Shown here one piece after another: positions 57,515 to 64,000 of a DNA stretch of 64,000 nt. A model generated the notes under the pieces. The model had not been told where the DNA came from. It saw only the letters and a list, made by a program, of their open reading frames with translations, and did no database searches. Numbering within the stretch: the first letter of the stretch is position 1; the number at the start of each line of letters is the position of its first letter. A program made the position numbers and the translations under genes. The DNA is from Eutreptiella sp. 'Long Island Sound 2002' (taxonomy: Eukaryota; Protista; Euglenida), in the NCBI GenBank assembly GCA_964036045.1, contig OZ038378.1, positions 7,874,001 through 7,938,000 on the forward strand. Direction: 5' to 3'.

Positions 57515-58686
57515 TTATTCTCTATGCCGAACCTGGTTGAACCTCAAGACACACACTGTGTCTGAAACAGAAAACAGAACATCATGTCTGACTACATTAG
57601 TCAGACAATCACAGTCAGTAGCTGTCAGTCAGTGACTGAGCGAGGGGGGGGGGGGGAGCGGGTTAAACCACAGAAGCGATGGCAGCAAAAGGCCGCCGCC
57701 CCATGAGGACTGCGAAGAGGAGAGGGCCCGTTCATCGCTGGGGTTGCGCATGGTCACGCGCCGGACTCTTTGGCGCGTGCGCACGCCCCCACGGCAGTGC
57801 AGAGGCCGTGCGCTTGTGATGATACCGCGCCACCAACCGCACGTGCCCACATTGTGGGCCCTGACCACACCCGGAACGTGGGGGGCGGGTGGGGGTCCCC
57901 GTGACACACATCACAAGGGCAGTCAACATGCGTTCCACAGTGCGGCATCCAAGTGAATAGGGGTGGGCGGTTTCCCGGGCCACGAGACCCAAACCCCCCC
58001 GTTCCCCTGACGACCCCCCAGCGCCCCCCCTCCCCCCCCCCTCAGCACGGGCCACACGGACGCCCCTCTGTACTTGGGGGCACACTGGGCTCCGGTAAGC
58101 CCCCCTCAGTGACCCCCCCTCCCCCCTCCCCCGAGTCGGATGGGCACAGACGAGACCGCCGAGTTCAACATGGGTGCCTCCACCACCAAGGGACCCCTCC
58201 CCTTGGGGAAGGTGCTATCCGGATGGGGCAGGCACACCACTGCCTCAACAAGTGGCCACGCGCGCCTGGGTTCGTCCTTGCGGAGTGAGGAACGCCGCCA
58301 AAGCAACCGCCGCATGGGTGGACCTACGGCAGCGCAACCCAAGCCGCCGAGGACGAGCCGACGGCGCAGTGTGTTGTTGCCGAAGGAGAGAAACGAGATA
58401 GCCCTGTCGGCCGCGAAACCCAGCCGGTGACCTCCGCCCTGTCGGCCGCCCACAGACTACATTGATGGCAGAGCCGATCCCGGGCCTTCGTGGGCCTCTG
58501 AGCCGGGAGAGTCTCACCTCACCTCACCCCCCTCCCCCCTCCCGTGGGCCGCAGATGAACTGCCTCGCGGCAAAACTGAAGAGGCCAAAACTTTGGGGCC
58601 GGTTTCAGGGACACACACCTCCGGCCCCGGGGGGCGGGCGGCTGCACAACCGAAGCGATGCCCCGGGCCCAGCCACGGGCCTTGCG

Positions 58687-60240
58687 TCAACACGTCGCGA
58701 CCCGCGGTGCGTCGCCCGCGCCCATCGTCCCGTACTGCCGGGCCCCGGGGGACGGGACGAGGCCACCTCTGGCCCACCCCTTCTTCTGTTGCTGATGGTG
58801 ACAGACCATGGCCGACGCAGTGGCGAACACCACGAGCGTCACCGCCAGCACGTAGTCCAGCACACGGACGCGGGAGAGGATGACGCTGTGCGTGCGCGCC
58901 CGGTGCTGGGCCGTGGGCAGGTCCATGCGCCTCTCGGGGTCGGTCTCCAAAGAGAACTTGGTCGGCCTTGCGAACCCCATCCGCAGCCGTTCTCGGTCGA
59001 ACACGATGTAGGCCGCCGCCATGAAGGTGTCGCCCAGGAGGCAGGACCCCTGGTTGACCGGGATGTCCGAGAGCGGCCGGATCCCGAAACAGAACCGGGT
59101 CTTGTCCGGGTCCGCGCGGCCGGGCAGCTGCTTGAAGTACACCTCCGGGGGTACGTCCACCGTCACGCCGTTCGCGAGGTGCCACCTCATCACCGGGTAG
59201 CCCTTCGGGAGCGCGGCGGCCTCTACGCAGTGCTCTTCGTTGTCGTCGCGGATGAAGAAGGTCGCGTTGTCCGCCCCGCAGACTTTGGGCATGTGGCAGT
59301 AGTGCCGCTGCATGAACGCTTTGATGGCCGAGAACGTCCCCGCGGGCACGTACGTGAGGGTCGTCCCGCTGTCCACTTGCATGTTGCCGAAGGCCTCGGG
59401 GCCCGTCGCGACTCTCCGGCCCGCCACTTCGAGGGCGTGCGCGGACACGCTGTACTTGCCTTGCTCCACCAGCGGCACGTACTTGACCTCCCCCACAAAG
59501 AGGCGGCTGTCGATGCCTCCGATCGTCAAAGCCCCGTCATCCGCCCCCATCCGCGACCCCACGTACAAGGAATACACGTTCGCGAGCCCGGAGCCCCGGA
59601 TGAGCTGTCCCAGAGGGCCTGGAAACCCGCTCATCGCGTCCTCATCAAACCCGAGACCAAAGATTCCATCGGCGCCGTTGCACCACGGGACCGGGTGGTT
59701 CTCGGCCAGGATGAGTCCGAGGTAGGCGGTCGCCTGCAAAGCCTTGGCACCCACACCGAACGACAAGCGATCCTCCATGACAACGCACGACATCTTGTTC
59801 CCGGCCCCATATTCGATATTGAAAGCGCATGTCGGTCGGGTCTCGAAGGAGGATTCATATACCCAAGCCTTTTCGCTGCGGCACTGGGTGGGCGCCGCGC
59901 TGTTGGACGCGTTGGCTTGGAACACATGCACCTTCGGACATACTGCACTCGGAACACCACGAATCACAAAGTCAGAACTACCGGTGTCCAGCTGCATCAA
60001 AAACTCTTGCTTCGGTGTACCCACATAGACCTTCGCGTATGCCATACTGTCCGTCCGCCGGATGGGGGCCCTCACAATCCGATGGTCATGCTCAGCGGAC
60101 GATAGAGTGCGCAAATACACTCTTTTTGTCACCGGAAATGACAATGGCCCGCCATGCACGAAGCAGACGATCGACAGGAACAACAGAAGATGCAGCATAT
60201 CTAACAGAGCTACAGAGCGCCAAGCACCACAAAGCAGCAT
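58687..60240 (-). CDS. Pepsin-family (A1) aspartic protease, intronless, with signal peptide and C-terminal TM anchor; likely start is the second ATG at 60198
   Basis: YVGTPKQEF.LDTGSS, flap IEYGAG, DGIFGLGF, GALTIGGID, VDSGTT and LLGDTFM...FDRERLRMGFA are present. The N-terminal MLHLLLFLSIVCFVHG and C-terminal VLDYVLAVTLVVFATASAMV are hydrophobic. Confidence 0.93.
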   Translation of the reverse strand: MLLCGAWRSVALLDMLHLLLFLSIVCFVHGGPLSFPVTKRVYLRTLSSAEHDHRIVRAPIRRTDSMAYAKVYVGTPKQEFLMQLDTGSSDFVIRGVPSAVCPKVHVFQANASNSAAPTQCRSEKAWVYESSFETRPTCAFNIEYGAGNKMSCVVMEDRLSFGVGAKALQATAYLGLILAENHPVPWCNGADGIFGLGFDEDAMSGFPGPLGQLIRGSGLANVYSLYVGSRMGADDGALTIGGIDSRLFVGEVKYVPLVEQGKYSVSAHALEVAGRRVATGPEAFGNMQVDSGTTLTYVPAGTFSAIKAFMQRHYCHMPKVCGADNATFFIRDDNEEHCVEAAALPKGYPVMRWHLANGVTVDVPPEVYFKQLPGRADPDKTRFCFGIRPLSDIPVNQGSCLLGDTFMAAAYIVFDRERLRMGFARPTKFSLETDPERRMDLPTAQHRARTHSVILSRVRVLDYVLAVTLVVFATASAMVCHHQQQKKGWARGGLVPSPGARQYGTMGAGDAPRVATC

Positions 60241-60950
60241 CTCACAAATCTGCAGCCTCCACCCGTCACCTGCAGCCCTTTCTTGCTTCCCTTGCTGAAA
60301 GCGTCTCTGTCTCCCTCAGGCGCAGGAGGGATGGATGCATTTGGGTAAATCAAGCTCCGGGACTGGAGACATCATGCACAGTTCTTGCACGAAACAAGAT
60401 GGCATCGTGCCGTGGGGGAGTTTTGCACAGTGCACATGGCAAACAACCTGAAAACCACTCAACACCAAAGGTTGTTTTGCGCCCGGCAGAAGCAAATGCA
60501 AAACGAGGTGAGCACAGGAAATCGGACCTGCACTCCTGTGCATCCTTTTATCTCTTTCTTCACCGGGACTACGACGGTTCTGAGATGCCGCATTGGGAGA
60601 GTTCCACACGACTACGCAATCCAACTCTTGCATATGCGGTCTGGGGTAGCCAGCCGTCGCAGTCCCGGTAAAGACCTGTGAGATCCTCACCATCTCCCCT
60701 GACACTGGAGGGCCTGATGTCAGGGAAAGAGGAACCAAACATGCACTTCACCTTGTGGTTGGTGGTGGTGGGCACTGCTACTAGGGTGGGAAATCACCCG
60801 AAGATGCATGCGCAGGTTGCAAGTGAATGCCCCATTTCCACTTGTATATGGAGTCCAAAGCCATGGCCCTCACAAATCACAAGTGTGCATTTCTAGTGCA
60901 AATTGTGCAATGATGCCTCCACCGATGCCAAGTGGAGATGGTGAGACAAC

Positions 60951-61600
60951 CTAGAATCGTCCTCTGCAGTGACACCAGGGCGAATCCCAGAGACCTCTCA
61001 CCTGTACACAGTGAGATCCAAGGGAATCTCCGCAATCATCCTCGCATCCCTCTGGAGCATGTGCAATCCAATGACCAATAGCATGGAGAGCATCACCCTT
61101 TGCATGTGGAATCATGGGCGGTTGGACACGGTAGGATTCCCACAAAAAAATCTGCCTGTGATGCACATTGTATCGACCAACAGCTGCCATCCAGAGCTTG
61201 GCCTGGGGCACAAGCTTGGAAACGACTTCTATTTCACGGCTCCTCCTGATGACCTTGGTGGCCATTGAGGACATTGAGAACATGTGGAATTCTGCCTACA
61301 CATTGTTTTGTGGTGTTCTCAGGGTCAGGGTGAGGTTTGGACAAGGTCCTGGGTTCTGGTGCATGGCTTGTCTGCCGTGGTGGGTTGCGCGCCAGCCTGG
61401 CAACAAATGGCACGTGCTTGCCTTTCAAAGCAAACTTTGGGGCAGCCTTGGCCACGGGCTTATGAGGGGCTTTGGGCTTCCAATTCTTTGGCACAAAACC
61501 GTCATCAACAATCTCCTTCATGAAGCAGAGCTTGCCGCCAAAAACATGGCCTTGACCCCAAACACCACACACAGCTTTTGCCCATGCAGTCTGCACCCCC
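60951..61600 (-). pseudogene. Possible degenerate non-LTR retrotransposon RT fragment
   Basis: Weak resemblance only (HAKGDAL...GDSL versus QGDPLS...YADD). The frames are fragmented. Confidence 0.2.
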
Positions 61601-62572
61601 AAAATCTGAAGCCAACATTAAGACACCAAAAACTAAAATGTGACCATGTTAGAGTCAGAAGGACAGCCAGGTGTTCACCTCCGGCCCCTTGGCATCCACC
61701 CACCCAGTTCCTACCATTCCGCAGCTCCCACACCACCATCCATATCACAACCACCCTGCACACCAAGTGCGATGCTCACTCGTGGTGCCTCTTCAGCTGG
61801 TGCAGGGCCGAGCTGTAGGACATGGATCTCACCCAGGGCTGGCTTGCCCTCTTCCCAAGCCCTCCCAAGCAGTACACCCATGCAGCCATCCCCTCCACCA
61901 TGCCTGGGGCCTAGTTGTACCACAGCCAGGTCCTAGCCCTCCACCAAGGCACCTCAACTGTATGTATGCCTCGGCGGTCACACATGAGTTCAACCTCCGC
62001 CACCCCCCATTCTTCCACAATCTCTGCCACACGTTTCATTGTGCCAATGTTCCCCCACTAGCCCTCCACTGCAGCATATACCTGTGCCTCCTCTCCTCAT
62101 ACCCCCCACCCCACCCAAACCCACCTGTGTATAGAGTTGTCACCACCCTTTCTGCCACCAGCCATTCCCAGACTCCACCTCCAATCCCTAATACCAATGT
62201 CCCCCCTTCTCCATTCTCCACATGCCCCTCCATGGGCCCTGTTCACCACCACCCTAGGCTCATCAATGACACAACTAGCCATTACTCCACTTTCCATGGC
62301 CATCACACCCTCTCTGCACCGACCACCCACATCGCAACTACCCCCAATCTTCTCCCTCCCCCGCGCCAGCAGTCCATCTTGCCTTCAGCTGACCCCAACT
62401 CCAACCACACACCCCTCCTCAACAGGTCCATATGCATGGAGCTTTTCCCCCGCCTCCTCAACATATTGAGCGAGCAGTCCTCACATTGTGTGTGCCCCGG
62501 CTAACACGTTCCTCAAGCTCCTCATCTCCATCTCAGCCGCCGAGCACATCGCCATCCTTGCCAGCTCGTCTA

Positions 62573-62871
62573 GGGGGCGTTTTCGCACAGCGCGCACACA
62601 GCGCGGGCACAGCGCCAATTATTACGTTGTTTATCCCGGGAACACCCCTGAAAACCACCCCCCTACAGAAGCGTGCAGGATCCATTCAAAAGAGCATCAG
62701 GGGTGCAGAATTCAGGACCCTGGGACCCGTGGCAAGCATCAGACTAAAACAAAAAATCCCTGGTGTACCAGCAGGGGCTGTAGGGTGCAGAATTCACGAC
62801 CCTTTGGGGGTGAAAAACAGCCGCCTTTTCGCACAGCGTGCGCGCAGCGCGGGCACAGCGGTGCGCCCCCC
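62573..62871. mobile_element. ~300-bp MITE related to the 56706-57514 element, with 3-bp TSD CTA
   Basis: Ends are gggggcg and cgcccccc. CTA lies at 62570-62572 and at 62872-62874. The internal block is the reverse complement of the ctgcaccc...agtctgatgcttg block at 56.85-57.0 kb. 11-bp gcacagcgcgc repeats are present. Confidence 0.75.
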
Positions 62872-64000
62872 CTACACCCAATGGTGTTCGGATCAGCCTA
62901 GCAAAGCCTTCATGTTTGCCCCTTACTCACCGACCTCCACGTAGCCTCCCTAGGGCCACCGCTAGACCCATTTGCCTAGGCCCAAACCTCCCGATGAGGA
63001 GCCACATAGATCCACTTGGCAACGCCACCTTGCCACCACCTCGCAATGAGTAGGCCCATGGAATATCAACCACCGCTGCCACCTCCGTAGCAGCTACACC
63101 ATCACTCCGTAGAATGCCACCCACTGACCCACGCCCTCCACCTCACTAGCCAGGGCATCCGGCACCCAAACTATAAGCCACCCTTCCCCTTTGAACAAGT
63201 TGGCACAGGCCCAAGAACGTGTGAGTGCAAAGCCCATTGTGTTGATACATACTTGCCCTCTGAGAACCACTGCAACAACCACTACATGAGTCACTTGCCC
63301 AATGCTGGTACCTACCTGCCTACTTGTTGTGCCTTGTGCCAGCTCCACCCCTCGGCCAACTTGGTTAGTAGGAGGGGCTTGCGCCGATGGCTGCCCATCA
63401 ACAGCCCACAGAGCAACAGCCAGCTTGGACACATGCTGAGTCAAAGCGCGGCGCAACTACTGGTCATACCTTGCTCCACGCTACCACATACACACACCGC
63501 ACGCATGCCTACACAACCTGACCCCAACCCCGGCCCACGCCAAAAACCAAGCCCTCTAACCCCCACCAATTTTTAAGGTTCCCCCCCTTCACTTGCGCTT
63601 TCCAAGGAGAACGTGTCGGCAAAGTTCCCGCCGGCATGCACTGGGTGCCAAGCGACCCCCCCACCCCCGTTCCTCTACACCCCTCCCTTCGTCCTTGCCT
63701 TTTCCTTGCCCGCCCCTCCCACACCCCCTTACCCCCCCTCCTTTCCTTGGTATTTTCATCCTCTGCCTCCCCGCTTCCTAACCACCAGATGACCTAGTAT
63801 TACCAGCCCCCAACTAGAGGCCACATCGGGTGACAGCAATCTGCCAGTTTCTAGCCACTTTGGCTTGCATAGGGTGCTGTATGATGGTCACGTGGGCCAT
63901 TTCTCAATAGCTCCAGCCCTAGGCACCACACAACCCCAGTCACAATCAGCTGCAGGCACAGTCACAGTCCCAATCGCAGGCTCACGGCCTCAATCACAAT

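Noticed and set aside
58462-60105. 547-aa plus-strand ORF
   Set aside because: This is an antisense shadow of the high-GC3 aspartic protease gene, with Arg/His/Gly-rich composition and no domain.

Overview
Eukaryotic, GC-rich, repeat-dense genomic DNA. Its features are kb-sized GT-AG introns, many poly-G/poly-C tracts, TTAGGG-like motifs and one 200-N gap. A euglenozoan (euglenid-like) origin is plausible but is inference only. From left to right: (1) a tyrosine-recombinase (YR) retroelement on the minus strand that runs off the left edge. Its gag-like ORF, CCHC-like finger and catalytically complete YR lie in ONE reading frame broken by two stops, the second a TGA-C followed by a GC hairpin. 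(2) A 6.7-kb array of about 26 diverged ~250-bp repeats abutting the 5' end of that element. (3) A complete, hand-assembled 9-exon LanC-like (LANCL) gene (minus strand, 12496-24163, 399 aa, all splice phases consistent). It keeps the Zn/catalytic residues but has lost several family motifs. (4) A 48-bp minisatellite carrying CCCTAA. (5) A 10.1-kb higher-order tandem array of six ~1.01-kb units. Each unit carries an apparently identical exon-like 164-bp segment plus 1, 3, 5, 1, 9 or 3 copies of a 257-bp subrepeat, and the array seems to lie inside an unidentified multi-exon minus-strand gene. (6) Non-autonomous DNA transposons with verifiable TIRs and TSDs: 8-bp TSD (hAT-like), TA TSD, and 3-bp TTA/CTA TSD (PIF/Harbinger-like, one with a matching empty site in the window), plus a Harbinger-type transposase relic. 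(7) An intronless, signal-peptide- and TM-anchored pepsin-family aspartic protease. Most ORFs in the supplied track are spurious products of repeats and high GC. No rRNA, tRNA or CRISPR array is supported. All assignments come from reading the sequence by eye; no searches were run.
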